Source: Dehalococcoidia bacterium (GTDB lineage: Bacteria > Chloroflexota > Dehalococcoidia > Lucifugimonadales > UBA3495). Taken from it: DNA of 64,000 nt. Below, piece by piece: positions 1 to 10,896 of this stretch. The stretch spans positions 1,226,615 through 1,290,614 of the forward strand of contig OZ242004.1 in NCBI GenBank assembly GCA_965204685.1, in the 5' to 3' direction. The position numbers were made by a program, and so were the translations under genes. Within the stretch, counting starts at the first letter, position 1. Each line of letters opens with the position of its first letter. The notes beneath the pieces are model-generated. The model was not told the DNA's origin, did not search any database, and saw only the letters and a list, made by a program, of their open reading frames with translations.

Positions 1-858
1 GAGCTGGGCATCAACTACTTTGACACCGCTTCCTCCTACGGCGACGGCCAGTCGGAAACCAACCTGGGGCGGGTGTTGCGGGAGTTGTCGGCGGACGTCT
101 ACGTCGGCACCAAGTTCCGCGTCACCACCCACGAGCCGGGGCGCATCCGGGGCAACGTTATCGCCTCGGTTGAAGAGAGCCTGACCCGGTTGCAGCGGGA
201 GCAGGTCGATCTGATCCAGATGCACAACCATGTCGCGTCCGTGGCCTACGGCGGGTCGGTTTCTCCGGAGGAGACGCTGGGCGAGGTGGTGGACGCACTC
301 CGGGACCTGCGCGACCAGGGCAAGGTCAGGTTCTGGGGGATGACCGCCGCGGGCGAGACCGCCGCCCTGCACCGTGTCATCGACTCCGGTGCTCTGAACA
401 CCATCCAGTCGGTGTACAACCTGGTCAACCCCAGCGCCGGCGCCACCGTGCCGCCCGCGTTCGATATGCCCGACTATGGCAACCAGATCCAGCGCGCCGC
501 CGCCAACGGCATGGGCGTCCTGGTGATCCGCGTCCTGGCGGCCGGCGCGCTGAGCGGGGAGTCGACACGACATCCCGTTGCCGTGCCCAGCGTCGCGCCC
601 ATCGGTTCCGGCCGCGACTACGACCAGGACCAGTCGCGGGCGGAGGGTTTTCGGTTCCTGCAACAGGAGGGCTACGCCGGCAGCCTGGTTGAGGCGTCAC
701 TGCGGTTCGCGCTGACCAACCCCGGCGTCAGCAGCGTACTGGTGGGATATTCCAGCATGGAGCACCTGGAGCAGTCCGTCGAGTTCGCCGCCCGGGGGCC
801 GTTGCCCGAGGATGCCATGGCTCGCCTGCCGGAGGTGTGGTCCCGGTTCACCGGCTGA
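1..858 (+). CDS. aldo/keto reductase family oxidoreductase (5' end outside window)
   Basis: Frame 1 is open from base 1 (ELGINYFDTASSYGDGQSE...) and continuous with track ORF 73..858. Composition and length are AKR-like. Confidence 0.85.
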   Translation, partial: ELGINYFDTASSYGDGQSETNLGRVLRELSADVYVGTKFRVTTHEPGRIRGNVIASVEESLTRLQREQVDLIQMHNHVASVAYGGSVSPEETLGEVVDALRDLRDQGKVRFWGMTAAGETAALHRVIDSGALNTIQSVYNLVNPSAGATVPPAFDMPDYGNQIQRAAANGMGVLVIRVLAAGALSGESTRHPVAVPSVAPIGSGRDYDQDQSRAEGFRFLQQEGYAGSLVEASLRFALTNPGVSSVLVGYSSMEHLEQSVEFAARGPLPEDAMARLPEVWSRFTG

Positions 859-872
859 TGCGCCGGCTGGGT

Positions 873-1199
873 TCAGGACAGCGGATCCAATCCCAGCCGA
901 ATCCGACACTGTTCGTACACCGCTTCCAGGAAACCGCCGGCGTAATGCTGATGGCTGAAAGTGATGCCGTGGGCCGAGGCATCCGATTTCGCCGCTTCGT
1001 ACAACTGCACCGCCGCTCCGTTGTCGTACGGGAAGGGCATAGGCCCCATATAGTGCTCGAAGTCGGAAATATCGGCCCAGGCAATCAGTTCGCCCATCTC
1101 CGCGTGGTGCCTCGCCCATTGCTCACCGTCGTTCTTGCCACGCATCAGCGACCAGGCGGGCAGGTTCTCCGGCGGCTTCAAGTCTCCGCCTGACGACAT
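873..1199 (-). CDS. hypothetical protein (108 aa)
   Basis: Balanced W/F/Y/H/D/E-rich composition, unlike the Arg/Pro-rich overlapping artefact ORFs. Starts 2 nt after the stop of the co-directional LLM gene. No family recognised. Confidence 0.45.
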   Translation of the reverse strand: MSSGGDLKPPENLPAWSLMRGKNDGEQWARHHAEMGELIAWADISDFEHYMGPMPFPYDNGAAVQLYEAAKSDASAHGITFSHQHYAGGFLEAVYEQCRIRLGLDPLS

Positions 1200-1201
1200 T
1201 C

Positions 1202-2044
1202 TTACAGAACCTGTTCCGCCAGGCGCTCCAGCTCGCTCAGACCCTCCGCTCCAGCGTCCGGCGGCAGGGCCACCGTGACCCGGTTGGCGCCGGCCTCGCC
1301 GTATCCGGCAATGACCTCCCGGTCCGGCTGGACGTTGGTTACAATGATCTGAATCGTGCTGGGATCCCTGCCGGCGGCCTCGGCCAGTTCGTCCATGGTC
1401 GCGCGACCGGCCCGCACCTGTTCTTCGGTCACCCGCACCGGCATCCAGCCGTCACCCCACGCCACCACGCGCTTGAACACGTTGGCGGCGTAACCTCCGA
1501 GGAGCACCGGCGGATGCGGCTGCTGGACCGGCTTCGGGGAGCATTTGACCGGCGGGAAATCGAAGAAGCGTCCGTGAAACTCCGCTTCTTCTTTGGTCCA
1601 AAGCTCCTTCATTGCCAGGATCGCTTCCCGCGTCTGGCCCCAGCGGTGCTCAAAATCACCGCCCATGATCTCGGTCTCTTCGCGCAGCCAACCCGCGCCG
1701 ATGCCGAACAGGAACCGCCCTCCCGAGAACTTGTCCAGGGTGGCGATCTGCTTGGCTTGCATCAGTGGGTTGTGCTCGGGCACCAGGCTGATGCTGGTGC
1801 CGAGCTTGATGGTGCTGGTGGCCGCGGCCGCCATGGCCAGGGCGATGAGCGGATCGCCAATGTCCGCCATGGAAGCCGGGATCGATCCGTCGGGCGTGCC
1901 ACCGTACCGGGAGGTGGTATGCACAGGAAGGATGGGATGCTCCGGAAGCCAAAACGACTCAAACCCCAGTTCCTCTGCGCGCTTCGCTAATTCTGCCGGG
2001 TCAACCGACTCGCTCGAAGCCCTGGCAGTGACTCCAATATCCAT
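1202..2044 (-). CDS. LLM-class (luciferase-like) F420/flavin-dependent oxidoreductase
   Basis: 280 aa with LLM hallmarks (ELGFESFWLPEH, GRFLFGIGAGW, PKPVQQPHPPVLLGG). Confidence 0.85.
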   Translation of the reverse strand: MDIGVTARASSESVDPAELAKRAEELGFESFWLPEHPILPVHTTSRYGGTPDGSIPASMADIGDPLIALAMAAAATSTIKLGTSISLVPEHNPLMQAKQIATLDKFSGGRFLFGIGAGWLREETEIMGGDFEHRWGQTREAILAMKELWTKEEAEFHGRFFDFPPVKCSPKPVQQPHPPVLLGGYAANVFKRVVAWGDGWMPVRVTEEQVRAGRATMDELAEAAGRDPSTIQIIVTNVQPDREVIAGYGEAGANRVTVALPPDAGAEGLSELERLAEQVL

Positions 2045-2146
2045 TTCGAGACCTCCTCTTGAAAACTTGGCCTGATGTTACCACCGAACGACACCGGATT
2101 CGGATCGTGCCCCGGCGCCATGACGCTTGGTAACAGGCGGTACGCC

Positions 2147-3049
2147 TCAATACTTCCGCAGGGTCGGCGCAGCCACGCCAAGCAACTCCTGCCGCGCAAT
2201 CGACCAGACCCGGGTCAGGGCCTGCTGAACCGCGGCGCAGTCCCGGCCGATCATCTTGACCCCTACGCCGTTGCCGTCGGGCAGCATGGAAGCGCCGGCC
2301 CGAACCTCGAGGCCCGGTTTCAGGTTAGTCCTGACCCGGTCCAGTATCGCGCGGGCGGGCGGGCTTTCACACACGATCAGCAGGGAACCCAGGGTGCGTG
2401 CGGATGCGTCGTCGGCATCCTGCGGGCTCCCGAAGCCCAATATGCCAACCCCCGTGAGGTTGCCCGCTCCCGGGTCCAGGTCGAAGGCTTCCCGGTAGGT
2501 GGGCCGGCCGCTCTGACCTCGAACCGTAACCTGGTTTGAGATCTTCCTGAACCGGAACGACTCCCCCATGGCCACCCTGCCGGGTGTTATCACGTCGCTG
2601 AACAGCAGCGCGCCGCCCGGATCGCAGGCGATGTCAACTTCCTGCTCCAGACTGGCGCCCCGGTAGGGTATCAACGGGTCCGGCAGGTATTCCAGGTACC
2701 CGCCCGGCTCGACGTTGAGGTGCACTCGCTGCTCGGCGACGCCTCCGGTCATCGTGTAGACTTTCGTGGCGCTCTGGGTGGTCACGTGGGCCCTGGCGCC
2801 GTCGCCGATGCTCACCGCGACGCGGTGCCGGTCGTTCTGGAGCAGCCCCCCGGTGGGGTTTGCCAGGAACACGTAGGCTAGGTCGGGCGCGGCCTCGTCC
2901 GGATACAGCGCCTGCTGGACCAGCAGAGGCGGCCGGGTGTGGCAGTGCGTCAGCCGGGTCCGGCCCGCTCTCCGCTCCAGAGCCAGCTCGACGGAACCGT
3001 TTTGGCCGGCCGGCCCGGCTTCAACAGACGGTTCCCGGGCCAACAGCAT
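2147..3049 (-). CDS. ureD: urease accessory protein UreD/UreH
   Basis: UreD-like sequence ([14 protein letters not shown]..., [11 protein letters not shown]) at the end of the ure cluster. Start placed at ATG 3049; the track ORF extends to 3109. Start uncertain. Confidence 0.85.
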   Translation of the reverse strand: MLLAREPSVEAGPAGQNGSVELALERRAGRTRLTHCHTRPPLLVQQALYPDEAAPDLAYVFLANPTGGLLQNDRHRVAVSIGDGARAHVTTQSATKVYTMTGGVAEQRVHLNVEPGGYLEYLPDPLIPYRGASLEQEVDIACDPGGALLFSDVITPGRVAMGESFRFRKISNQVTVRGQSGRPTYREAFDLDPGAGNLTGVGILGFGSPQDADDASARTLGSLLIVCESPPARAILDRVRTNLKPGLEVRAGASMLPDGNGVGVKMIGRDCAAVQQALTRVWSIARQELLGVAAPTLRKY

Positions 3050-3644
3050 CGAGGATCCTGTCCAGCACCGCGTCCAGTCCTTCACCCGTGCGGCAGTTGG
3101 TGAACGCATACGGACGCTCTCCCCGAACGATGTTGAGGTCCCGGCGCATCACGTTCAGGTCCGCGCCCACGTAGGGAGCCAGGTCGGTCTTGTTTACCAC
3201 CAGCAGGTCGGTTTGGGTGATGCCCTGTCCGCGCTTGCGGGGTATCTTGTCTCCGGCCGCCACGTCGATCACGTAGATCTGGAAATCGGCCAGCGCCGGG
3301 CTGAAGGTCAGCGTCAGGTTATCGCCGCCGCTTTCGATCAGGACGATATCCGAGTCGGGATATTTCTCGGTCAACTCCTCCACCGCCAGCAGGTTGAGGC
3401 TGGGGTCCTCACGCACCGCCGCGTGGGGGCAGGCTCCCGTGGCGACGCCGCGGATGCGGCCGGTGTCTAGAACTCCCTCCAGGGTCCGCGTGACGTGATC
3501 CGCGTCCTCCCTGGTGAAGATGTCGTTGGTAATGACCACCGGGCGCCGCCCTCGCGCCAGCAGCATAGGCACCAGTTGTTCGACCAGTGTGGTCTTGCCG
3601 GAGCCCACCGGCCCGCCGACGCCAATTCGGGGAACCTTTCTCAT
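3021..3644 (-). CDS. ureG: urease accessory GTPase UreG
   Basis: P-loop [19 protein letters not shown] and NKTDL motifs. Start is ATG 3644 (MRKVPRIGV). The 128-aa N-terminal extension in track ORF 3021..4028 is low-complexity and overlaps the Uma2 gene. Confidence 0.95.
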   Translation of the reverse strand: MRKVPRIGVGGPVGSGKTTLVEQLVPMLLARGRRPVVITNDIFTREDADHVTRTLEGVLDTGRIRGVATGACPHAAVREDPSLNLLAVEELTEKYPDSDIVLIESGGDNLTLTFSPALADFQIYVIDVAAGDKIPRKRGQGITQTDLLVVNKTDLAPYVGADLNVMRRDLNIVRGERPYAFTNCRTGEGLDAVLDRILDAVGPGTVC

Positions 3645-3702
3645 GGTTTCTCTCCACTTTTTGCGGGGTAACCCGGCACGTCCCGGCGCGTTTGCCCGGG
3701 TA

Positions 3703-4440
3703 TCAGCTGTCCCGCAATCGTTGCAGTTCCTCCTCAAGCTCTTGAACCCTGGCTTCGGCTTGGAGGCGTGCTGCACGCTCGGCAAGGCGGCCTTCGCGCT
3801 CGGCAAGGCGCCCCTCCCGCTCGGTGTCAAAGGTGGCGATGTGGTCGCCGGTGTTGGGATCATGCCAGCGCAGGGAACCGTCGGTCCAGAGGAGTTCCAG
3901 GCCGAGGACGGCGCTGTGTCCGCTGAGGTTGCCGTCCGGCAGCTCAATGATCTCGATGGGTTCGTATCTTCCGTCCACCAGCCGGTCGCCGGCCAGGCGG
4001 GAGCCGTGGTACTGTCCGGTTTCGTCAAAACGCCAGTATTCGGCGATACCGAGAGCCGCGTAGGCAGCGCGCTTTTCGCCGGTGTCGGCGCGGCCGGTGG
4101 AGCGGGAAGCGATTTCCAGCACGAAGTCGGGCGGTTTACCCTGTTCGGATATCACGTACCCGTTGTGTTCCTCAAAAGCGATCGGATCGACGTTGAAGGC
4201 TACCAGGAGGTCGGGGTAGAGGACGCCGGTCATGTCGGCTCTTTCTGATGTGGGCACGAGGGTGATGTATCGTTCGGTGGTTACGATGGTAGTCTGTGGG
4301 TTGCCGAGGTGGAGGGCCAGGTGGTGGGCGTGCCCGGTGTCGGTCAACTGTTTGGCGGCGGTCATCTTCTCGTCCGGAGATTTGGGAGGGTCCGGGAGCC
4401 GGAAGGTGGGAGGAGATTTCGGCGATTTGGCGGTGGTCAT
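3703..4440 (-). CDS. Uma2 (DUF820) family putative endonuclease with C-terminal coiled coil
   Basis: Core [36 protein letters not shown] matches the Uma2/restriction-endonuclease-like fold pattern. C-terminus is [23 protein letters not shown]..., encoded by a tandem ~21-nt DNA repeat. Confidence 0.8.
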   Translation of the reverse strand: MTTAKSPKSPPTFRLPDPPKSPDEKMTAAKQLTDTGHAHHLALHLGNPQTTIVTTERYITLVPTSERADMTGVLYPDLLVAFNVDPIAFEEHNGYVISEQGKPPDFVLEIASRSTGRADTGEKRAAYAALGIAEYWRFDETGQYHGSRLAGDRLVDGRYEPIEIIELPDGNLSGHSAVLGLELLWTDGSLRWHDPNTGDHIATFDTEREGRLAEREGRLAERAARLQAEARVQELEEELQRLRDS

Positions 4441-4527
4441 GCTGAAACTCTCCGTGGCGGGTCGGCAAAGCAGTGGGCTATGAAGTGGATTATACCTGCG
4501 CCGGGTTTGACCGTTGCGGCCGCGCCG

Positions 4528-5241
4528 TCAGCTGGCGAACATCCGCACTTCGTCGTGTTCGTGCAGCATGGACGCGATGTCAGTCTGGGGCGCGAAGGAT
4601 GTCATCTCGCGCCAGTCGCGGTGCTGCAAGGCCGTCGTCGCGCCGATCACGGGTTCGTGCAGCGACCGCAGGATATGCTGCGCCTCCGAGTGGGTGACGG
4701 GGAGCAGCCGTTGCGCCGCGCCCAGGACGCCCACGGCAAAGCTGTGACAGAGCATCAGCAGTGTGCTATCCGGGTCGATGCCCGTCGCGCAGGACGCCAC
4801 GCCCAGGGCGACGGCCCCCGTGCCCGGCGTCTCCCGTTCCATTATCGCCCGCCGGAACTTGCTGTGAACGGCGCATCCGGTCGCTCCCGCGAGCAACGGC
4901 GCCGTTTCGTCCAGGATGCGCCGCCCGGCGTGGCAGGAGGCCGCCCGCAGTTCCTCGGGCAGTTTCATCGCGTGCAGGTGCCGGTCGGTGTCAACCAGCG
5001 TTGCCAGGTCGCCGTCCTGCGCAGCGCGGTGGGCATTCAGCAGCGCCACGCCGTCGCACGGCAGGATCGACCAGGTCAGCAGGTTGCGCAAGTACTCCTC
5101 CAGGTCGTCCGCATTGTTGACCCAGCCTCGCGTCACCATTCCTTCCAGACCCTGAGAGTGAGCGTAGGTACCGGACGGGAAGAACGAGTCGGCAAGCTGC
5201 AGTGCGGCGAGGAAGCTGGCGCTGCTGTCCCGGCACGTCAT
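4528..5241 (-). CDS. ureF: urease accessory protein UreF
   Basis: N-terminus LAALQLADSFFPSGTYAHSQGLE is typical of UreF. Lies immediately downstream of ureC. Confidence 0.9.
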   Translation of the reverse strand: MTCRDSSASFLAALQLADSFFPSGTYAHSQGLEGMVTRGWVNNADDLEEYLRNLLTWSILPCDGVALLNAHRAAQDGDLATLVDTDRHLHAMKLPEELRAASCHAGRRILDETAPLLAGATGCAVHSKFRRAIMERETPGTGAVALGVASCATGIDPDSTLLMLCHSFAVGVLGAAQRLLPVTHSEAQHILRSLHEPVIGATTALQHRDWREMTSFAPQTDIASMLHEHDEVRMFAS

Positions 5242-5253
5242 GGTTCACGTCCG

Positions 5254-6972
5254 CTACACCAGAAAGTGCAACTGCGCCAAGCTCAGGCGTTCCGCCGCCG
5301 GCACGGTGGCGATCTCGCCGTCCACGCGCACCGTGTAGGTGTCCGGGTCGACCTCGATCACCGGCATTCCGTCGTTGTGCACCATCTGCCGCTTGGTGAT
5401 GGCGCGGCAATTGCGCACCGGCTCCACTCGCCGGGTCAGCCCCAGGTCGCGGTGAACTCCCGCGTCGTAGGCCGCCTGGGACACGAAGGTCAGCGCCGTA
5501 TTCGCCAACGCCTTGCCCATGTTGCCGAACATGGGGCGATAGAAGGACGGTTCGGCGGTGGGTATGGACCCGTTGGGGTCGCCCATGACCGCCCAGCAGA
5601 TCATCCCGCCTTTGATGATCATCTTGGGCTTCGCGCCGAAGCTTCCCAGCGGCCAAAGCACGATGTCGGCCAGCTTGCCAGGCTCCAGCGACCCCACCAG
5701 GTGCGATATGCCGTGGGTAATGGCCGGGTTGATGGTCAGCTTGGCCAGGTAGCGCAGGACGCGGAAGTTGTCGTGGTCCGGCGAGTCCTCGGGCAGCTTG
5801 CCCTTGAACTGCCGCATCTTGTCGGCAGTCTGGAACAGGCGGGTAAAGTTCTCGCCCACCCGCCCCATCGCCTGCGAGTCCGAGGCGTACATGCTGATGA
5901 CGCCCAGGTCGTGGAGCACATCCTCCGCGGCCATGGTCTCCGGCCGGATGCGGCTCTCGGCAAAGGCCACGTCCTCGGGCACCCGCGGGCTGAGGTGGTG
6001 GCACACCATCAGCATGTCCATGTGCTCGGTGAGCGTGTTGACGGTGTACGGCCGCGTCGGGTTGGTGGATGAGGGCAGCACGTTCGGTTCCGACGCGATG
6101 CGGATGATGTCCGGCGCGTGGCCGCCGCCGGCGCCCTCGGTGTGGTAGGTGTGGATCGCCCGCCCGCCGATGGCGGCGATGGTGTCCTCCACGAACCCCG
6201 CCTCGTTCAGCGTGTCCGTGTGGATCGCCACCGGGATGTCGAACCGGTCGGCCACGGCCAGGCAGCAGTCGATGGCCGCCGGCGTGGTGCCCCAGTCCTC
6301 GTGGAGCTTGAGGCCGCTGGCCCCGGCCGCGATCTGCTCCTCCAGGGGAGCCGGGTCGCTGGCGTTGCCTTTGCCCAGCAGGCCCCAGTTGACCGGCAGC
6401 GGCTCGGCGGCCTCCAGCATCCGCGCGATGTTCCACGGGCCCGGCGTGCAGGTGGTGGCGTTGGTGCCGTCGGCCGGCCCGGTGCCCCCGCCGATCATGG
6501 TGGTGATGCCGTTGGACAGCGCGTGGTACACCTGCTGCGGCGCGATCATGTGGATGTGCGCGTCGACCCCGCCGGGAGTGGCGATCAGGTGCTCGCCGGC
6601 GATAACCTCGGTGCCCGGCCCCACCACCAGGTCGGGATGCACGCCGTCCATGACGTTGGGATTGCCGGACTTGCCCACCGCTACGATGTGCCCGTGGCGC
6701 ACGCCGATATCGGCCTTGATGACTCCCATCATCGGGTCCATGATGATGGTGTTGGTGATGACCAAATCCAGCGCGCCGTTGCGGTTGGTCGTCTCCGACG
6801 CCTGACCCATGCCGTCCCGGGCTGACTTGCCCCCGCCGAAGACCAGTTCGTCGCCGTGGGTGAGCAGGTCGCGCTCGATCTGGCAGACCAGGGACGTGTC
6901 GGCCAGGCGGAACCGGTCTCCCACGGTGGGGCCGTAGAGGTCCACGTATTGCCGGCGGCTGATTCGGGCCAT
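5254..6972 (-). CDS. ureC: urease alpha subunit
   Basis: 572 aa. [26 protein letters not shown]..., HEDWG and MVCHHL motifs. Confidence 0.97.
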   Translation of the reverse strand: MARISRRQYVDLYGPTVGDRFRLADTSLVCQIERDLLTHGDELVFGGGKSARDGMGQASETTNRNGALDLVITNTIIMDPMMGVIKADIGVRHGHIVAVGKSGNPNVMDGVHPDLVVGPGTEVIAGEHLIATPGGVDAHIHMIAPQQVYHALSNGITTMIGGGTGPADGTNATTCTPGPWNIARMLEAAEPLPVNWGLLGKGNASDPAPLEEQIAAGASGLKLHEDWGTTPAAIDCCLAVADRFDIPVAIHTDTLNEAGFVEDTIAAIGGRAIHTYHTEGAGGGHAPDIIRIASEPNVLPSSTNPTRPYTVNTLTEHMDMLMVCHHLSPRVPEDVAFAESRIRPETMAAEDVLHDLGVISMYASDSQAMGRVGENFTRLFQTADKMRQFKGKLPEDSPDHDNFRVLRYLAKLTINPAITHGISHLVGSLEPGKLADIVLWPLGSFGAKPKMIIKGGMICWAVMGDPNGSIPTAEPSFYRPMFGNMGKALANTALTFVSQAAYDAGVHRDLGLTRRVEPVRNCRAITKRQMVHNDGMPVIEVDPDTYTVRVDGEIATVPAAERLSLAQLHFLV

Positions 6973-6976
6973 GTCG

Positions 6977-7381
6977 TTATGCCTCGCTGGTATCTACTGG
7001 GTTCGACGGCTGGTTCAGGAAACCCCGCCTGGAGATTGCTTCGAGGGCCTGGGCGCGCACGACCGGCGAGTCCAGGCTGCCGTCGGTAAGCCCGTTGAGC
7101 CCGCGCACCCGGCGCGAGCCGCCGATGGCCACCAGCGTCACGTCCTTGCGGTCGCCCGGCTCGAAACGCACGGCAGTCCCGGACGGCACGTCCAGCCGCA
7201 TCCCGAAGGCGGCCTCCCGGTCGAACCGCAATGCCCGGTTCACCTCGAAGAAGTGGAAGTGCGAGCCGACCTGTATGGCCCGGTCGCCCGTGTTCCACAC
7301 CGACAGCGTACACGTGGGCCGGCCCGCGTTTATCTCAACCGGTTCGTCAGCGATGATGTAGTGTTCGCTGGGATTGCTCAT
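6977..7381 (-). CDS. ureB: urease beta subunit
   Basis: 134 aa. [19 protein letters not shown] and [17 protein letters not shown] motifs. No obvious Shine-Dalgarno upstream. Confidence 0.95.
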   Translation of the reverse strand: MSNPSEHYIIADEPVEINAGRPTCTLSVWNTGDRAIQVGSHFHFFEVNRALRFDREAAFGMRLDVPSGTAVRFEPGDRKDVTLVAIGGSRRVRGLNGLTDGSLDSPVVRAQALEAISRRGFLNQPSNPVDTSEA

Positions 7382-7412
7382 AACTGCTTTGACCTGTTTA
7401 TCCGGGGGAGCA

Positions 7413-7517
7413 TCAGAAGCAGGATTTGCCGGATTAGAGGATTATCAGGATTGAATCGGCGGTATCGGGAATACAAAAATCCTGATAATCCCATAATCTT
7501 GTGAATCCTGCTTCTGA
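7413..7517. repeat. nested-palindromic GGATT-rich intergenic element (copy A)
   Basis: Perfect terminal inverted repeat TCAGAAGCAGGATT (7413-7426) / AATCCTGCTTCTGA (7504-7517). Perfect inner inverted repeat ATTATCAGGATT (7441-7452) / AATCCTGATAAT (7478-7489). Confidence 0.9.
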
Positions 7518-7825
7518 CGATTTCCCGTACCAGGGCAATCGCGTCTAAATTGGCCTCCGCAGTGAAGCCGGACCAAACCACAGGCTGTAGCCGCTTTCGA
7601 GGGTCAAAACATACGCCGGTGAGGCTTGTGTTCGCCGCCTTGGAACCCAATCGGATTGAATTGCAGTATCTGGAATACCGCCGACAACAGACAATATCAA
7701 CGCACAGAATGTTTGAGCACGTTGATTATAACGACTACCGCAAGACGCGATTGCCCTGTTTCCCGTACCCGCGGGTTCCGTTTGCTTGCGGTTAGCCTCT
7801 ATGATACCATCCCCGACATTCGGCG

Positions 7826-8428
7826 GTGGCTTGGAGAATAGGGCAATTGAGCGAGATATACCATGCCAGCAACAGGGCGTTAGCCGCGGCAAAGGCTATG
7901 CTGGTGGAGCGTGACAGTGGCGCACCTGTGAACGTTCATGCTCGTGCCGCTGAGTTGAGTCGCGAGTTCGGGGTCTGCGCAAAATACATTCGTACGGTGC
8001 GGACCATGTTGCGGGAGCAATGCCCGCATGAACTGATAATCGAGTTGCGAGAAAAAGCAATCTCTGTTCCCGACGCCAAGCAGTCATTCGAGGACTATAA
8101 GCGCGGCGTCCCGGCGGACTTGCGCGGCATCTGGGTGTTCTATGTGCTCACTCCAGAAGGAGACGAAACCATAGCCAAGGTGGGAATATCCAAACGTGTA
8201 CATGGACGCATTCGCGACCTTGAATTGGGTGCAGGCCCGATGTCACTGCGCGGCTGCTGGAATTTTGGGAGCAACAGGGCTGCGGCCAAAGCGGTTGAAG
8301 ACAAGGTGATTGCGACATTCCCAAAGGCCGAAGGCGGGCGGGAAAGGATAACCAATTGGGATCACATGGCGACGCATAAATTGGCTGTTGCAGGCGGCGG
8401 ACTTTGGATCCCATCAACCACGCTTTAA
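7826..8428 (+). CDS. GIY-YIG-superfamily (T5orf172/MUG113-like) domain protein with N-terminal HTH-like region
   Basis: The C-terminal half (GIWVFYVL..IAKVGIS..RIRDLELG..AAKAVEDKVIATF..GRERI) resembles T5orf172. GTG 7826 is the longest start; the first ATG is 7898. AT-richer than the flanks by eye and antisense to the ure genes. Confidence 0.6.
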   Translation: MAWRIGQLSEIYHASNRALAAAKAMLVERDSGAPVNVHARAAELSREFGVCAKYIRTVRTMLREQCPHELIIELREKAISVPDAKQSFEDYKRGVPADLRGIWVFYVLTPEGDETIAKVGISKRVHGRIRDLELGAGPMSLRGCWNFGSNRAAAKAVEDKVIATFPKAEGGRERITNWDHMATHKLAVAGGGLWIPSTTL

Positions 8429-8456
8429 CCATTTGTAGCCGCGTATGCCCGATGCC

Positions 8457-8759
<303 letters not shown>

Positions 8760-8776
8760 GGTGGGTTGCCTCTGCC

Positions 8777-10114
8777 TTACAGAGTGGAGAGGTAGCGGGA
8801 GACCTCGTAGTCGGTGACCTCCGAGCGGTACTCGTCCCACTCCAGTTTTTTGTTCTCGATCAGGCTGTTGAAAACATGGTCGCCCAGCGCCTCGTAGAGT
8901 AACTCGCTGGTCTCCGCCAGGTTGATCGCCTCGCCCAGGCTGGACGGCAGGGTGCGGATGCCCAGGGACTGGCGACGCTGGGGTGACATCTCCTGCACGT
9001 TGCCCACCACCGGGGCCGGCACCTGGTACTGCTCCTCGATGCCCTTGAGCCCGGCGGCCAGCATCGCGCTGAAGGCCAGGTAGGGGTTGCACGACGGGTC
9101 CGGCGCACGGTACTCGATGCGGATGGACGTTTCCTCCCCCCGCTCGTAGCTGGGCACGCGGATGAGGTCGGAGCGGTTGACGTGGGTCCACGAGACGTAC
9201 ACCGGCGCTTCGTAGCCGGGAATCAGACGCTTGTAGGAGTTGACCCACTGGTTGGTCACCAGCGTTATCTCCGGCGCGTGGGTGATCAGGCCGGCGATGA
9301 ACTGCTTGCCCAGCATCGACAGGTACTGCTCGTCATCAGCGTCGTAGAACCGGTTGTCCTCCCCGGAGAAGAGCGACTGGTGCAGGTGCAATCCCGACCC
9401 GTTGATGCGAGAAATCGGCTTGGGCATGAAGGTGGCGTACACGTTCTGCAATTGGGCCAGTTCTTTGATGACCAGTTTGGCCGTCATCAGGTTGTCGGCC
9501 ATGGTCAGCGCATCGGTGTACTCCAGGTCGATCTCGTGCTGGCTGGGCGCGCCCTCGTGGTGGGAATACTTCACCGGTATGCCCATCTCGGCCAGGTTGA
9601 GCACGGTGTCCCGGCGCAGGTCGGAGGCGGGGTAGCTGGAAAGCTGGTCGAAGTAGCCGTCGTGGTCCAGCAGTTCCGGCGCGCCGGCGCTCTTCAGGTA
9701 GAAGAACTCCAGCTCCGCGCCGACGTTGTAGGTGAAGCCCATTTCCGCCGCCTTGTCCAGGTTCCGCCGGAGTACCTGGCGCGGGTCGCCGGGGAAGGTC
9801 TGCCCCCGTGGCTGGCGGATGTCGCAGAACATCCGGGCCACGGCGTTCTGGCGCGGACGCCACGGCAGCAGCGTGAAGGTGGACGGGTCCGGGTAGGCCC
9901 GCATATCGCTCTCGTGGTGGCGGGCGAACCCGTCGATGGCCGAGCCGTCGAAACCCACACCGCGCTCAAGCGCGTCCTCCAGGTCGTCGGCCGTCACCGC
10001 GAACCCCTTCAGCTTGCCCAGGATGTCGGTGAACCACAGGCGGATGAACTTGACGTCGTTGTCCCGCGCGGTACGCAGTACGAAGTCCCGGGCGGTGGCT
10101 GTCTCAGTTGTCAT
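8777..10114 (-). CDS. glnA: glutamine synthetase (type I)
   Basis: 445 aa. [18 protein letters not shown], the [10 protein letters not shown] region, and [12 protein letters not shown]. Confidence 0.95.
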   Translation of the reverse strand: MTTETATARDFVLRTARDNDVKFIRLWFTDILGKLKGFAVTADDLEDALERGVGFDGSAIDGFARHHESDMRAYPDPSTFTLLPWRPRQNAVARMFCDIRQPRGQTFPGDPRQVLRRNLDKAAEMGFTYNVGAELEFFYLKSAGAPELLDHDGYFDQLSSYPASDLRRDTVLNLAEMGIPVKYSHHEGAPSQHEIDLEYTDALTMADNLMTAKLVIKELAQLQNVYATFMPKPISRINGSGLHLHQSLFSGEDNRFYDADDEQYLSMLGKQFIAGLITHAPEITLVTNQWVNSYKRLIPGYEAPVYVSWTHVNRSDLIRVPSYERGEETSIRIEYRAPDPSCNPYLAFSAMLAAGLKGIEEQYQVPAPVVGNVQEMSPQRRQSLGIRTLPSSLGEAINLAETSELLYEALGDHVFNSLIENKKLEWDEYRSEVTDYEVSRYLSTL

Positions 10115-10148
10115 GGCTATTCCTCACGTTCGCGTTTTATGACGGGAC

Positions 10149-10877
10149 CTATACCGCCACGTACTCCCGGACCAGGTTGTGGTCCAGGTCCCTGGCGGCG
10201 CCTTCTAGCACGATGGCTCCCTTTTCCATCACGTAGCAGTAGTCGGCGATGCCCAGGGCGAAGTCCAAAAACTGCTCGACCAGCAATATGGTCGTCTCGT
10301 TCTGCTCCCGCAGCCGGTGCAGCAGTTCCTCAATCTCCTGGACTATGGACGGCTGGATGCCCTCGGTGGGCTCGTCCAGCAGCAGCAGGGACGGCTGACG
10401 CACCAGGGCGCGGGCCAGCGCCAGTTGCTGCTGCTGACCGCCGCTGATGGTGCCGGCGACCTTCTTCGTGTAGGTCTTCAATGCCGGAAACAGGCCGTAC
10501 ATCTTCTCGACGGCTTCCGGACGCCCCTTCTTGCCGGCGAAGGACTCCAGCCCCATCAGCAGGTTCTCGTGCACCGTCAGGTAGGGGAAGATGTGCCGGC
10601 CCTGCGGCACGTAGCCGAACCCTGCCTTGGCCCGCTGGTGCGGCGCCCATCGCGTCATGGCCGACTGCCCGAACTGGATATGGCCGGCGTGCGGGTTCAG
10701 CAGGCCCATGATCGCCTTGAGCAGCGTGGTTTTGCCCACGCCGTTGCGGCCCATGAGGCACACCACCTGCCCTTCCGGTACGTCCAATGCCACGTCGGTC
10801 AGCACCAGGCTCTGCCCGTAGCCTACGGACAGGCCCTTGATGGTCAGGAATGGCTCAGGTTGGCGGAACATGGCCAT
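10149..10877 (-). CDS. urtE: urea ABC transporter ATP-binding protein UrtE
   Basis: ABC ATPase (GRNGVGKTT; ISGGQQQQLALARAL) of the branched-chain (LivF-like) type, last in the urt cluster. Confidence 0.9.
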   Translation of the reverse strand: MAMFRQPEPFLTIKGLSVGYGQSLVLTDVALDVPEGQVVCLMGRNGVGKTTLLKAIMGLLNPHAGHIQFGQSAMTRWAPHQRAKAGFGYVPQGRHIFPYLTVHENLLMGLESFAGKKGRPEAVEKMYGLFPALKTYTKKVAGTISGGQQQQLALARALVRQPSLLLLDEPTEGIQPSIVQEIEELLHRLREQNETTILLVEQFLDFALGIADYCYVMEKGAIVLEGAARDLDHNLVREYVAV

Positions 10878-10896
10878 GATGATCTGTCAGCGATGA

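Noticed and set aside
3021-4028. 335-aa version of UreG
   Set aside because: The extra 128 N-terminal residues are Pro/Ser/Thr/Ala-rich and overlap the Uma2 gene. The canonical UreG starts at MRKVPRIGV (ATG 3644).
4309-6072. 587-aa plus-strand ORF antisense to ureF/ureC
   Set aside because: It is Arg/Gly/Pro/Ala/His-rich and low-complexity, typical of antisense frames in high-GC DNA. The opposite strand encodes unmistakable UreC and UreF.
7378-7650. ORFs reading through palindromic elements (for example 7378..7650 and 13831..14205)
   Set aside because: Their sequences are translations of the GGATT-repeat hairpins (peptides like ...[14 protein letters not shown]...). They are repeat-derived artefacts.
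7550-7795. 81-aa ORF in the ureA-ureB insertion
   Set aside because: It has no RBS and no recognisable domain, and it overlaps an equally long opposite-strand ORF. There is insufficient evidence that it is coding.
8760-9248. N-terminal 163 aa of track ORF 8457..9248
   Set aside because: It overlaps the 3' part of glnA in another frame and is Pro/Gly/Arg-rich. Only the last 100 aa are genuine UreA.
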